NCBI GenBank assembly: GCA_963757455.1
Contig: CAVWSE010000002.1
Span: 64,974-128,973, forward strand
Reading direction: 5' to 3'
DNA from: an uncultured Actinomycetota bacterium
GTDB taxonomy: Bacteria > Actinomycetota > Actinomycetes > Mycobacteriales > Jatrophihabitantaceae
Length of the DNA stretch: 64,000 nucleotides
Positions 1 through 9,856 of this stretch are shown in pieces. Under the pieces are notes generated by a model. It worked only from the letters and a program-made list of their open reading frames with translations, was not told the origin of the DNA and made no database searches. Both the position numbers and the translations under genes were made by a program. The first letter of the stretch is position 1. Each line of letters opens with the position of its first letter.

Positions 1-647
1 GCGACCGTAGCGAGGTCAGCCGACGCGGCGACCGCACTCCCGGAACTCGACCCGCACGGGTTGCGGTCGAGGGCGTAGGCGGAGTTGGTCTGACCGCCTT
101 CCGCGCTCCATCCGCTCGACGACTGCGTTGAGCGGAAGTTCGCCCATTCCGACAGATTCGCCTTGCCGATGATCAGGGCACCTGCTTTTTTCAGCCGCTT
201 CACGATGAAGGCATCGCGCGGCGTGCTGCCGTCGAGCGCGAGCGAACCGGCCGTCGTCGGCATGCCGGTCGTGTCGATGTTGTCCTTGACGATCACCGGG
301 ATGCCGAGCATCGGACGCCGGTCACCCGAACTGCGGGCGCGATCGGCCGCGCGCGCTTCATCCAGGGCCGACTTGTTCACGGTGATCACCGCGTGCAGCT
401 TGGAGTTGAGTTGCCGGATGCGACTCAGGTAGAAGCTCACCAGGTCTTGCGACGTGAGCCGATCCCGATTCATCAGGCTCTCGAGTCGCGGAATCGTCGT
501 CGTGTCGACGTTGATGCCGCGCACTGTCGTGTCGGTCGGACTGGGCGCAGCGCTCGCTGTCGTGCTCGTCGCCGGAATCGCGATGGCTGCAGTGAGTAGG
601 GCAGCGGCGGCGGCCTGGACGATCCGGGCGCGGGACGGACGGGACAT
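1..647 (-). CDS. Secreted amidase (amidase-signature family), C-terminus beyond the left window edge
   Basis: ATG at 647. My translation gives a signal-like N-terminus MSRPSRARIVQAAAAALLTAAIAIPA, then GIPVIVKDNIDTTGMPTTAGS, GKANLSEWANF and NPCGSSSGSAVA (GSSSGS amidase signature). Absent from the ORF track because no stop lies inside the window. Confidence 0.8.
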   Translation of the reverse strand, partial: MSRPSRARIVQAAAAALLTAAIAIPATSTTASAAPSPTDTTVRGINVDTTTIPRLESLMNRDRLTSQDLVSFYLSRIRQLNSKLHAVITVNKSALDEARAADRARSSGDRRPMLGIPVIVKDNIDTTGMPTTAGSLALDGSTPRDAFIVKRLKKAGALIIGKANLSEWANFRSTQSSSGWSAEGGQTNSAYALDRNPCGSSSGSAVAASADLATV

Positions 648-754
648 CAGTGGTCCTCTCGTCGAAGGATCCACTCACCCTCTGTCCGATTTATGTGCAT
701 TGTCAACCACTGTTTCCGTCCACGAACCGGCGGTTCGGCCGATAGCGTCGCTGC

Positions 755-1279
755 ATGACGAACTCCTCGAGCGCGGGTCAGCCGACCGTGTCGCGTCCGG
801 CCATGCCTGACGGCTACGGCATACCGGAGTCTGCGGACGGCGCGTTGGCCTGGGCGGACGTCGAGGCGCGCCTGATCGCCTCGAAGTACTACTGGCTCGC
901 GTCGGTTCGTCCCGACGGCAGACCGCATTCCGTGCCGCGCTGGGGCGTCTGGGTCGAGGGACGGTTCTACTACGACGGCGCGCCAACCACCCGGCACGCC
1001 CGCAACCTCGAGCGCAACCCGGCGTGCACGCTCACGCTCGAGAGCGGCGCGGAGGTTGTCATCGTGGAGGGGCAGTCGCACGCGACTCGCGCCGACGCGG
1101 ACGGACTCGGCCGGCTGATCTCAGCGGCGTTTCGCAAGTACCACCCCGATTACGCGCCGGAGGCCGACGCGTGGTCCGACGAGAGCGGCGGGGGACTGCG
1201 GGTCATCACCCCGACGCGTGCGTTGGCGTGGTTCTCGTTCCCGTCCGACTGCACGCGATTCACGTTTTCGACGGCGTGA
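755..1279 (+). CDS. Pyridoxamine 5'-phosphate oxidase-like (PNPOx/FMN-binding split-barrel) family protein
   Basis: 174-aa ORF with ATG start. Motifs YYWLASVRPDGRPHSVPRWGVW and NLERNPACTLTLESG are typical of the PNPOx-like fold. Its stop overlaps the next gene's start (GTGA). Confidence 0.65.
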   Translation: MTNSSSAGQPTVSRPAMPDGYGIPESADGALAWADVEARLIASKYYWLASVRPDGRPHSVPRWGVWVEGRFYYDGAPTTRHARNLERNPACTLTLESGAEVVIVEGQSHATRADADGLGRLISAAFRKYHPDYAPEADAWSDESGGGLRVITPTRALAWFSFPSDCTRFTFSTA

Positions 1280-1776
1280 CGGGCTCGCCGCCGAACGAGC
1301 CGGACGTGCGGGTTGCCGAGCCTGCGGACGTGGCGGGCATCTGCGAGTTCGGCGAGGCTCACATCCGTGCCCATTACGCGCCGCTGATCGGCGAGGACGC
1401 GGCCGATGCCCAGGTGCGCGACTGGTGGAACTCGACGCGGCTCGCTGCTGCCGTCGACGCCGGTGTGGTCGTCGTCGCCGAAGCCGACGGGGACCTCGTG
1501 GGCGTCGGTCAGCGCGGTCGCAACGGCGAGGAGCATGTGGTCTACAAGCTCTACGTCCATCCGCTGTGTCGCGGCCGGGGGATCGGCCGGCTACTGCTCG
1601 CTGCGCTCACCGACCAATTGCCGCCGGACGCCGATCGGCTCTACATCGAACACTTTGCCGCCAACGGGCGGGCGGGTGCGTTCTACGAGCGCGAGGGCTA
1701 CGCGGTCGAGCGGGTCGTGCCGAGCGCCTCGGGTGATCCGGCGCGGGATGTGGTGTGGCGCGTGCGCCGGTTCTGA
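1276..1776 (+). CDS. GNAT family N-acetyltransferase
   Basis: In-frame GTG at 1276 overlaps the upstream TGA. Acetyl-CoA motif HPLCRGRGIGRLLL and C-terminal FYEREGY are present. The longer track ORF from 1024 is an Arg-rich, non-coding-looking extension. Confidence 0.75.
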   Translation: MTGSPPNEPDVRVAEPADVAGICEFGEAHIRAHYAPLIGEDAADAQVRDWWNSTRLAAAVDAGVVVVAEADGDLVGVGQRGRNGEEHVVYKLYVHPLCRGRGIGRLLLAALTDQLPPDADRLYIEHFAANGRAGAFYEREGYAVERVVPSASGDPARDVVWRVRRF

Positions 1777-1872
1777 AAAATAGTTCGCGATGCGATGTCG
1801 AGAACGGCGCATCGGCTCCGTCCCTGATGCGAACGCGGCCACAATGGTCGCGCGACACCGAAGGAGAACGTG

Positions 1873-2298
1873 ATGGCCAAGTACCTGTTGCTCAAGCACT
1901 ACCGCGGCGGACCGAAGCCGTTCGTCCCGTTCGATCCGATGGATCAGTGGACGCCGGACGAGGTGGACGCGCACATCAAGTTCATGCAGGACTTCGCGAA
2001 GCGGCTCGAGGGCACGGGCGAATTCGTCGACGGCCAGGCGCTGTCACCCGAGGGGACGTTCGTCCGCTACGACGGCGAGGGCAAGCCGCCGGTCACCGAC
2101 GGGCCGTTCGCCGAGACGAAGGACCTGATCGCGGGCTGGATGGTCATCGACGTCGACAGCCAGCAGCGTGCGCTGGAGCTCGCCGGTGAGTTGTCGGCCG
2201 CGCCCGGGCAAGGCGGCAAGCCGATCTACGAATGGCTCGAGGTGCGTCCGTTCCTCAACGACATGCCGAACGGCGAGCAGTGGACGAATCCCAGCTGA
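1873..2298 (+). CDS. YciI-like / DGPF-domain protein (usual partner of an ECF sigma factor)
   Basis: AAGGAG lies 7 nt upstream of the ATG at 1873. Motifs MAKYLLL, DGPFAETKDLIAGW. Its end overlaps the sigma-factor gene. Confidence 0.7.
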   Translation: MAKYLLLKHYRGGPKPFVPFDPMDQWTPDEVDAHIKFMQDFAKRLEGTGEFVDGQALSPEGTFVRYDGEGKPPVTDGPFAETKDLIAGWMVIDVDSQQRALELAGELSAAPGQGGKPIYEWLEVRPFLNDMPNGEQWTNPS

Positions 2299-3437
2299 GG
2301 AGCCTGATTCCCGCGGTCACCGGTGTCCTCGTTCGTCGCGGAGCCGACTTCGCGACGGCCGAGGACGCGGTGCAGGACGCGTTGGTGCAGGCGTTGGCGG
2401 CATGGGCGCAGAACCCGCCCACGGACGCCAAGGGCTGGTTGATCACCGTCGCGTGGCGCAAATTCCTCGACACCGTTCGCGCGGACACCTCGCGGCAGGC
2501 GAGGGAGGACCGCGTTGCGGCCGAGCCGGCGCCGGGCCCGGCCGACGACGTGGGCGACACCCTGCCGCTCTACTTCTTGTGCGCGCACCCGTCGCTCACA
2601 CCGTCGTCGGCGGTCGCGCTCACGCTGCGCGCCGTCGGTGGGTTGACGACGCGGCAGATCGCGCTCGCCTACCTCGTGCCCGAGGCGACGATGGCGCAGC
2701 GCATCAGCCGGGCGAAGCGCACGGTTGCGGGCGTGCGCCTCGACGAGCCCGGTGATCTGGCCACCGTCCTGCGCGTGCTGTACCTCGTGTTCAACGAGGG
2801 TTACACGGGCGAGGTCGACCTCGCCGACGAGGCGATCCGCCTGACCCGGCAGGTGTCGTCGTTGACCGACGAGCCCGAGGTGTCGGGCTTGCTCGCACTG
2901 ATGTTGTTGCATCATGCGCGACGAGCAGCGCGCACGACGTCGTCGGGTGCCCTCGTCGCGCTGACCGAGCAGGACCGATCGCGCTGGGACACCGCGTTGA
3001 TCGCCGAGGGCGTCGAGATCCTGCAGACGGCACTGGCCCGCGATCGCCTCGGCGAATACCAGGCGCAGGCGGCGATCGCCGCGCTGCACGCCGATGCGCA
3101 GACCGCCGACGAGACCGACTGGGTGCAGATCGTCGAGTGGTACGACGAACTCAACCAGTTCACCGACAATCCTGTTGTCCGGCTCAATCGCGCGGTCGCC
3201 GTCGGCGAGGCGGACGGGGCGCGGGCCGGGCTTGCGGCGTTGGCAGCGGTCGATTCGTCCGTCCCGCGGTACACGGCCGTCGAGGCGTACCTGCGCGAGC
3301 GGTCGGGCGAAATCGAACACGCTGCGCGGTTGTACGGCGAGGCTGCCCGAGCCGCGACCAACGTCGGCGAGCGCGATCATCTGACGCGCCAGGCCGCGCG
3401 GTTGAACGAACAGGTGCGATCAACCGCCGACAAGTAG
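2280..3437 (+). CDS. ECF-type RNA polymerase sigma factor with long C-terminal extension (SigJ/ECF41-like architecture)
   Basis: In-frame GTG at 2280. Region 2 motif DAVQDALVQAL...GWLITVAWRKFLD, region 4 motif LTLRAVGGLTTRQIALAYLVPEATMAQRISRAKR, then LYLVFNEGY and a TPR-like tail. Confidence 0.8.
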   Translation: MDESQLRSLIPAVTGVLVRRGADFATAEDAVQDALVQALAAWAQNPPTDAKGWLITVAWRKFLDTVRADTSRQAREDRVAAEPAPGPADDVGDTLPLYFLCAHPSLTPSSAVALTLRAVGGLTTRQIALAYLVPEATMAQRISRAKRTVAGVRLDEPGDLATVLRVLYLVFNEGYTGEVDLADEAIRLTRQVSSLTDEPEVSGLLALMLLHHARRAARTTSSGALVALTEQDRSRWDTALIAEGVEILQTALARDRLGEYQAQAAIAALHADAQTADETDWVQIVEWYDELNQFTDNPVVRLNRAVAVGEADGARAGLAALAAVDSSVPRYTAVEAYLRERSGEIEHAARLYGEAARAATNVGERDHLTRQAARLNEQVRSTADK

Positions 3438-4262
3438 GTCGAGCAGCAGTCGTTGTGTCGCCGCCGGCTGTTCGGCCCAGGTGGCGTGACCGGCTTGATC
3501 CAGGACGACGCGGCGAGCGTTCGGAAGCGCCGCGAACAGGGGATCGGTAACGCGCCATGGGCGGGGATCGTCTGCGCCGCAGAGTATGAGCACCGGACAG
3601 GTCACGGCGCTCGCGACCGTCAGCAGGTCATCAGTCGCGCGGTCGGCCCACAACTCCCGGTTCGCGGTGCTGTTGATCTCGACGTCGGGTGGACGGGTTT
3701 GCCACAGCGCCTCGGCGTGCTCTGCCGCTGCGGGGCCAGGGGAGAAGTCGGGGCGCCATTGGAGAACGCACCACTCGTGCTCCTCCTCGGGTGTTCGAAT
3801 ATACGCGCCGAGTTCGGTCCAGCGGGGGAGATCCGCGCCGAGGCGGCGCTCGCGTTCGGCGGCGTACGGGACGCGGTAGTCCTCGCCGGCGCCGATGCCG
3901 CTCAGATAGCCGACGACAGTCGTCCGGTCGAGGTGGTGCGCCGCGTACCGCAGCGCCAACTCGGCGCCCCAGGAATGACCGACGAGCGCCCAACGGTCGA
4001 ACCCGAGCGCGGCGCGAATTTGTTCGAGGTCGTCAACAGCCTGCGTGATCGTGAACGGCCCGGAGCCGGTCGATCGTCCGCAGCCGCGTTGGTCGAACCG
4101 GACGACGGTGAACCGGTCGTCGAGCAACGCGGCGAGCGATTCGAGGTAATCCCACAGACCGGGTCCGCCATGACACAAGACGACCGGCGGACCGTCGCCG
4201 GTGATCGTCGTCCAGAGCGTTGCACCGTCGGCGAGCGTGATCTGCGTCGACGGCATCGTCAC
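3420..4262 (-). CDS. Alpha/beta hydrolase (proline iminopeptidase-like)
   Basis: 280 aa. Motifs HGGPG and nucleophile elbow GHSWG, with a C-terminal GH. Convergent 18-nt overlap with the sigma-factor gene. Confidence 0.8.
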   Translation of the reverse strand: MTMPSTQITLADGATLWTTITGDGPPVVLCHGGPGLWDYLESLAALLDDRFTVVRFDQRGCGRSTGSGPFTITQAVDDLEQIRAALGFDRWALVGHSWGAELALRYAAHHLDRTTVVGYLSGIGAGEDYRVPYAAERERRLGADLPRWTELGAYIRTPEEEHEWCVLQWRPDFSPGPAAAEHAEALWQTRPPDVEINSTANRELWADRATDDLLTVASAVTCPVLILCGADDPRPWRVTDPLFAALPNARRVVLDQAGHATWAEQPAATQRLLLDLLVGG

Positions 4263-4614
4263 AGCCTGCCTGGCGGCCTCGGAGGGCGGGTCGGCCGGGT
4301 CCCGGGGGGACCTGGTCCGCCAATACGAAATGACATAATGTCACTTATCGGCGTACTTGAGCTGAACCAGGAGGTGGCCGGGTCACGGCCCGCCTGACAG
4401 TGCATAGGCCTTGAACTGATCCGCGCCGCCCCGCACGTACATGACGACACGGCATATGCCGGAGAACGGCGGCGTGTTGGACATGGGCCCAGAGTTCTCC
4501 GCTGTTCAGCCAGCCCGGAACGTCACCGATCCTGACGAGCGGTGATGCATCAGTTCGCGCAATCTGCGCCCGCGTCTGCGGTCGGCCTCCGGCCTGGAAG
4601 TCGCGATCGCACGC

Positions 4615-4842
4615 TTAGAGCCGGGATGGATATGTCGACCACGGCCACTCTTCATAGGCTCCGTAGCTCACGATGAGCGCGACGCCAGCCAGAAGGACAA
4701 CAGTCATCGCGATGCGAATCGGCCAACGCCAGCGATGCAGCGCGCTCGCCGGGGCAGGCGGAGGCTCGTCGTCGATCTTGCTCACCTGCCGAGTATGGCG
4801 CGGCATCGGCCCGCCATCGCGACCACGACGCGTGTCACCCAT
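4615..4842 (-). CDS. Small hypothetical membrane protein
   Basis: 75-aa ORF with one hydrophobic helix (IAMTVVLLAGVALIVSYGAY), directly downstream of the lipoprotein gene. The start is uncertain (alternative Met at 4806). Confidence 0.35.
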   Translation of the reverse strand: MGDTRRGRDGGPMPRHTRQVSKIDDEPPPAPASALHRWRWPIRIAMTVVLLAGVALIVSYGAYEEWPWSTYPSRL

Positions 4843-5383
4843 GTAGCGCGCGACTGAGCAACGCGACGAGGTGGTCGACGTCGAAGACGCCGCCTCGTCC
4901 CCTGTCCGGCTGGCCGTAGGCGCACACCTGATGGGCGCGGCGCCCGTCGATTCGGTACACGCCGTAGTACCCGAGCGCGGCGTAGTAGGACGGATACCAG
5001 CCGCCCAGAAGAATCAGATATCGCCCGCGCGCGACGGTGAGCCCGTCCTGCAACGTGCGCAGGCCGGTGACATGACCGGCGAGCGTCCGATAGGACTTGA
5101 TCACGCCGCCCGCCGCCTGCGCGTTCACGAGCGCGGTCGCTTCGCCACCTGCAACCAGAGAGCGAGCATCAGCCTCATCGCGGATGTTGCCGCAATATCC
5201 CCACGCCTGAGCCGGCGGACTCAGCATCTGAGTTTTCGGCGTCCGAGCCTGCGGTGATCTGATCGCAGCCGGCGAGCCATGTGAGCGGTCGGCAGCGGGT
5301 GCCGACCGGGCGCCGCTGTCGCAAGCCGACAGCGCACAAGCGGCCACGACGATGGCCGCTGCAACCCTCGAACATCGGCCCAC
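4835..5383 (-). CDS. Putative lipoprotein
   Basis: Lipobox LSAC preceded by a hydrophobic stretch. The in-frame GTG at 5383 gives a 21-aa signal peptide. The track ORF extends to 5455. No recognisable family. Confidence 0.5.
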   Translation of the reverse strand: MGRCSRVAAAIVVAACALSACDSGARSAPAADRSHGSPAAIRSPQARTPKTQMLSPPAQAWGYCGNIRDEADARSLVAGGEATALVNAQAAGGVIKSYRTLAGHVTGLRTLQDGLTVARGRYLILLGGWYPSYYAALGYYGVYRIDGRRAHQVCAYGQPDRGRGGVFDVDHLVALLSRALHG

Positions 5384-5615
5384 AACCTGTAGACGCTCGC
5401 ACCCTGGCGCAGCGTTGCGCTCCGCACCTCTCTTCCACCGTGCACGACGGGTCACCCGCCATTTCTAGCTATGCGCTGGAACGTGAGACACAAGAACAAG
5501 TGCGCAGCGACGGGAGTACCGCGGGAGTTGAGTCGCGCTTTTCGGTCCGGTCGGGACGAAGTCCCGAAGCGGCGAGTCCTCGCTGGTAGGTGCAGTTGCG
5601 GCTGGTAGCCATGCT

Positions 5616-6915
5616 TCAGCCGCTGACGAGGCTGGGTGCGTCGTGCATCTGGTTGCGGCGTGGTCGCTGGTCGGGATCGACCCACGTGGGCGGCACCCAG
5701 TGCGGGAGGTCGTTGAGCATGATCGACTGCCAGCCCATGCGTTCGAAGAGGGCGTGATTGGCGGTACACACAAGGGTGCCGTCGTCGACGGATGTTCTTC
5801 GGGTGATGGCGTAGTCGGTGACGTGATGTGCCTGTGTCCACGACAACGGCGCATCGCAGCCGGGGTAACTGCAGCCTTTGTCTCTGGCGAACATCGCCAG
5901 GCGTTGTTGTTCGGTGAACAACCTGTGCTGGTCCGAATACGCGACGATGCTCCTGGTCTTCGACAACAGCACGAGAATCGCTTTGGCTTTCGGGTCGATC
6001 CACCGGTCGGCGACCGCGGCGGGGACGGCGAACCCGTGGGCGGTCTGCACGATGCCGGTGCCGTCGGCGAACTCATCAACGTGCGCGGTGAGTACGAGGG
6101 TGGTGGCGCAGCCGTTCGCGCTCGGCAACGAGCCGGAGCTGTAGAGGATTTTGAACCCGCCGAGCAGCGCGTCGTGGCGGCGCTGGCCCGGGGTGCGCGG
6201 GTCACATTGCGCCGTCGGGGCCCTGGTGGCGGTTTGGCGAGGGTGTCGAACAGGGTCTCGAGGTATTCGGCCGCCTCGCAGGTCAGTTCGCCGGCGATCG
6301 TCCCGCTGCCGTCCGGGCGGCGGTGCAGGGTCAGGGTGCGGCGCCGGTGCGCGGCTTCGACGTCACGAAACGCCCCGTCTTGATCGACGCGGGCGTAGAG
6401 CCCGTTGGCGAACCTTGCCAGCAAGTCGGGGTCGTGGTCGGCCAGCGAAGTCGAGCAACGCGCACTCGAACAGCGGGGCCGACTGGTCGGCGAGCAGATC
6501 ATCGATCCTGTCCGTCATCGCCACGACCGTGGCCGCATGCCGGGTCGAGATCGACCCCGGCCGCCAACGCGGCCGCCGTCTGCGGATGCGCCGCCTCGAC
6601 CAGCTCCCCCGTCAGCGTCCGCCGCGGGGTCACCGCCGCAGCCAACCGAACCCGCCCCGCAGCGTCGCGGGCACTGATGTGCAACGCATCGCGCAACAAC
6701 ACCGCCGTGCTCTTCGCACCCAGGTCATAGGCCAGCCCCTCGGCCTCGACCTGCGCGATCAACCCGAGCTCCTCGACGTCCAGCGCCTGCTTCGCACGGG
6801 CGATCTCGCGCAGCCGATCCAGCACTGCCGTGCCGGCCAAGCGCGAGCTGCTCACGTGTTCGATTCTACCCCTTCCGAGGAAGAGGCGCCAGCCCTGTGA
6901 ACAGAGAATCCGCAC
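5616..6915 (-). pseudogene. DUF222 / HNH endonuclease (13E12-repeat-type) gene broken by about 3 frame shifts
   Basis: The N-terminal DUF222-like part (RLREIARAKQALDVEELGLIAQVEAEGL) is in frame 0. ISTRHAATVVAMTDRIDDLL is in a second frame and DPDLLARFANGLYARVDQDGAF in a third. The HNH C-terminus (GCSYPGCDAPLSWTQAHHVTDY...GTLVCTANH) is ORF 5616..6128. Breaks lie near 6555, 6440 and 6220. Confidence 0.7.
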
Positions 6916-6966
6916 AAATATATAGGGATTCGCGCTCAGCGAACACGTGGCGTCCGAGCCGGAAGA

Positions 6967-7272
6967 CTACGGCAACCGCTTGCCGATCCAGCGCAACGGA
7001 GCGCCGATGATCGGGCTGCGGTGCCAGCCGCGGTGGATCACGCTCTGTCGAATGCCTCGGAACTGGTTTCTGGCAACGACGAGGACGCCGGACCTTGATC
7101 GGTCGTCGAGCTCCCAGGCCTGCTTCGCCGCCCACCGAGCGCAAGGACGACATAACGCGACTTCGGGGTGGTTGCCGAGGTGCACCATCAGGGTCGGGTC
7201 GTTGTCCGAACCGCAGCACCAGCACTGTCCGGGAGCCGGTGTGCCATGAGTTTCGGCTGACGCGCTCGTCAT
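6967..7272 (-). CDS. Hypothetical protein with CxxC...CxxC zinc-ribbon-like motif
   Basis: Internal ATG at 7272 (MTSASAETHG). Motif CWCCGSDNDP...CRPCARW. Lies downstream of the glyoxalase gene on the same strand. Confidence 0.45.
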   Translation of the reverse strand: MTSASAETHGTPAPGQCWCCGSDNDPTLMVHLGNHPEVALCRPCARWAAKQAWELDDRSRSGVLVVARNQFRGIRQSVIHRGWHRSPIIGAPLRWIGKRLP

Positions 7273-7303
7273 GCCTCCATCATCACCCTGTCGCCGCTCG
7301 CGG

Positions 7304-7714
7304 TCAGCCCGCCTGGTTGATGCGGATGAGATTGCCGGACGGATCGCGGATCGCGCTGTCGCGAATCCCCCACGGCTGGTCGGCCGGTTCCTGAACGACC
7401 TCGGCGCCGCCGGCCTGCACACGTTCGAAGGTCGCGTCGAGGTCGGGCGAGGCGAACGTGATGATGCCGAACGTCCCCTTGGCCATCATCTCGGTGATCA
7501 CGCGTCGTTCGTCGTCGGTGACGCCCGGGTCGGCTCCCGGCGGGTAGAGAACGATGTTCACGTCCGGCTGCTCCGGCGGCCCGACGGTGATCCAGTGCAG
7601 TCCGTGCATCTCGACGTCGTTGCGGATCTCGAAGCCGAGCGTGTCGCGATAGAACGCGATCGTTGCCTCTGGATCGCTGTGCGGCAGGAAGGCGGAAGAA
7701 ATGCTGAGGTTCAT
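7304..7714 (-). CDS. VOC/glyoxalase family protein
   Basis: ATG at 7714 (MNLSISSAFLPHSDPEATIAFYRDTLGFEI). C-terminal WGIRDSAIRDPSGNLIRI is typical of the VOC fold. Confidence 0.8.
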   Translation of the reverse strand: MNLSISSAFLPHSDPEATIAFYRDTLGFEIRNDVEMHGLHWITVGPPEQPDVNIVLYPPGADPGVTDDERRVITEMMAKGTFGIITFASPDLDATFERVQAGGAEVVQEPADQPWGIRDSAIRDPSGNLIRINQAG

Positions 7715-7719
7715 GCCTC

Positions 7720-8163
7720 TCACGCTAGTTCGGGCGCCGATCGCGAGGCTTCTCGATTCCTGATCGGTCTGGTGACCTGCTTGACCATGCACGAGGGCAA
7801 CTCCTCCGAGGCGACGGCTCGGTCGCGGTACGCGCTCGGCGACATTCCGACCAGTTCCGAGAACCGCGTGCTGAACGTGCCCAGTGACGAGCAGCCGACC
7901 GCGAAGCACACCTCGGTCACGCTCAGATCGCCGCGGCGCAGCAAGGCCATCGCGCGTTCGATGCGACGCGTCATGAGGTAGCCGTACGGCGCTTCGCCGT
8001 AGGCGAGCTTGAACTCGCGGCTCAGATGGCCGGCCGACATGTGCACACCTCGTGCGAGCGCCTCGACATCCAGCGGCATCGCGTACTCGCGGTCGATGCG
8101 GTCACGTACGCGGCGCAGCAGCGCGAGGTCGCGCAACCGCTGCTCGGCCGACGTACTGGTCAC
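7720..8163 (-). CDS. AraC-family transcriptional regulator (HTH domain only)
   Basis: GTG at 8163. Motifs LDVEALARGVHMSAGHLSREFK and VTEVCFAVGCSSLGTFSTRF. Lies 5 nt upstream of the glyoxalase gene. Confidence 0.8.
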   Translation of the reverse strand: MTSTSAEQRLRDLALLRRVRDRIDREYAMPLDVEALARGVHMSAGHLSREFKLAYGEAPYGYLMTRRIERAMALLRRGDLSVTEVCFAVGCSSLGTFSTRFSELVGMSPSAYRDRAVASEELPSCMVKQVTRPIRNREASRSAPELA

Positions 8164-8216
8164 CCAACCGATCGTGCCACGTGGTCGTCCCCGACGACGT
8201 ACGCGACAATGGGATC

Positions 8217-8420
8217 GTGACCGCCCAGCTCATCGTGAGCGCCGCGCTAGCCGTCCTGATCGTGGCGGTCGTGCGCTTCGAGTGGATGTGCCTGTCCGCG
8301 CTCGCGCATGCCGACGATCGCGACCTGAAGTATCTGACGCGTCCGGGCTGGATCGCCGTCATCCTTGTCATGATCCCGCTCGGCGGCATCGCGTTCCTCT
8401 ACGCCGGACGGCGCGGCTAG
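8217..8420 (+). CDS. Small membrane protein, PLD-nuclease N-terminal (PLDc_N)-like
   Basis: In-frame GTG at 8217. Two hydrophobic helices and a C-terminal IPLGGIAFLYAGRR. The start is uncertain. Confidence 0.45.
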   Translation: MTAQLIVSAALAVLIVAVVRFEWMCLSALAHADDRDLKYLTRPGWIAVILVMIPLGGIAFLYAGRRG

Positions 8421-9856
8421 TGCCCGACGACTGCGGCACCCGCGAGCGCCGTGTGCACGCATTCGGTGACGACGCGCTCGCGACGCATGACGCCGTTGCG
8501 CTCGCGGCGCTGGTCCGCACGGGCGAGCTCAGCGCGGACGAGCTCGCTCGCGCCGCCGTCGCCCGAGCTGCGCAGGTCGATCCGCTGCTGCATGCCGTCG
8601 AAGCCGACTGCTACGAACGTCCGCGATACGGGACCGATCGAAGCGCAGCACTGTTCGGCGTCCCTACCTTCATCAAGGACAACACGGACGTCGCCGGCCT
8701 CCCGACCAACCACGGCAGCGAGGCCTACACCGCTCGCCCGGCCAAGCAGGACGGCGCGTACGCCACGCAGTACCTGAGCACGGGCCTGACGATGCTCGGC
8801 AAATCGCGCCTTCCCGAATTCGGCTTCAACGCGAGCACCGAGTTCATGACCGCTCGCCCGGCGCGCAATCCTTGGGACACCGACTACTCGGTCGGCGCAT
8901 CATCGGGCGGCTCGGCGGCGCTCGTTGCCTCCGGCGTCGTGCCGATCGCCCACGCCAACGACGGCGGCGGTTCGATCCGGATCCCCGCGGCCTGCGCCGG
9001 CCTGGTCGGTCTCAAGCCGACGCGTGGCCGGCACGTCGACGGCGAGCAAGCCGCCCACCTGCCGATCAACATGATCTCCGAGGGCGTGCTCACCCGCACC
9101 GTCCGCGACACCGCCGCATTCGTCGCCGCGGCAGAGGACCACTGGCGCAATCCCGAGCTCGCGCCGATCGGGCTCGTCGAGGGACCCGCGCCGCGTCGGC
9201 TACGGATCGGGCTCGTCATCGACTCGATCACCGGCCCGGCTGACGCCGCCAACCGCAAAGCGGTCGAGCAGGCGGCGCAGACGCTCGAGAAGGCCGGCCA
9301 CGTGGTCGAGCCGATCGAGCTTCCGGTCAGCGAGCAGTTCGCCAGCGACTTCCTGCAGTACTGGGCGTTGCTCGCCGAGCTCGCCGTCGACACCGGGCGG
9401 CTGCTGCTCGACCGCGGCTTCGACAAGAACCGCATCGACGGGCTGACGCGCGGCTTGCGTGCGTACCACCGGCGCAATCTGCACCGCACCCCCGGCGCTT
9501 TGTTGCGACTGCGCAAGGTGCCCGCGACATATGCCCGGATGTTCGCGCGCCTCGAGGTAGTGGTGTCACCGGTACTTGCGCATACGACACCGCCGCTCGG
9601 ACACATCGCACCGACGGTGCCGTTCGACGAACTCGTCGACCGGCTCACGCATTACGTCTCGTACACGCCGCTGAACAACATCGCCGGCTCGCCCGCCATC
9701 TCGCTCCCGCTCGCGATGAGCGAGGACGGGCTACCCATCGGCGTGCAATTGTCGGCAGCACGCGGTGACGAGCGCACCTTGCTGGAGCTCGCCTATCTGC
9801 TCGAGGCCGAGACCGCGTTCCCGCGGATCGAGGCGGCGCCGAACCAGGTCAGCTGA
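8420..9856 (+). CDS. Amidase (amidase-signature family)
   Basis: GTG at 8420 overlaps the upstream TAG by 1 nt (alternative GTG at 8453). Motifs GVPTFIKDN, GASSGGSAALVASG, NDGGGSIRIPAACAGLVGLKPTRG. The track ORF start at 8009 is an antisense extension. Confidence 0.85.
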   Translation: MPDDCGTRERRVHAFGDDALATHDAVALAALVRTGELSADELARAAVARAAQVDPLLHAVEADCYERPRYGTDRSAALFGVPTFIKDNTDVAGLPTNHGSEAYTARPAKQDGAYATQYLSTGLTMLGKSRLPEFGFNASTEFMTARPARNPWDTDYSVGASSGGSAALVASGVVPIAHANDGGGSIRIPAACAGLVGLKPTRGRHVDGEQAAHLPINMISEGVLTRTVRDTAAFVAAAEDHWRNPELAPIGLVEGPAPRRLRIGLVIDSITGPADAANRKAVEQAAQTLEKAGHVVEPIELPVSEQFASDFLQYWALLAELAVDTGRLLLDRGFDKNRIDGLTRGLRAYHRRNLHRTPGALLRLRKVPATYARMFARLEVVVSPVLAHTTPPLGHIAPTVPFDELVDRLTHYVSYTPLNNIAGSPAISLPLAMSEDGLPIGVQLSAARGDERTLLELAYLLEAETAFPRIEAAPNQVS

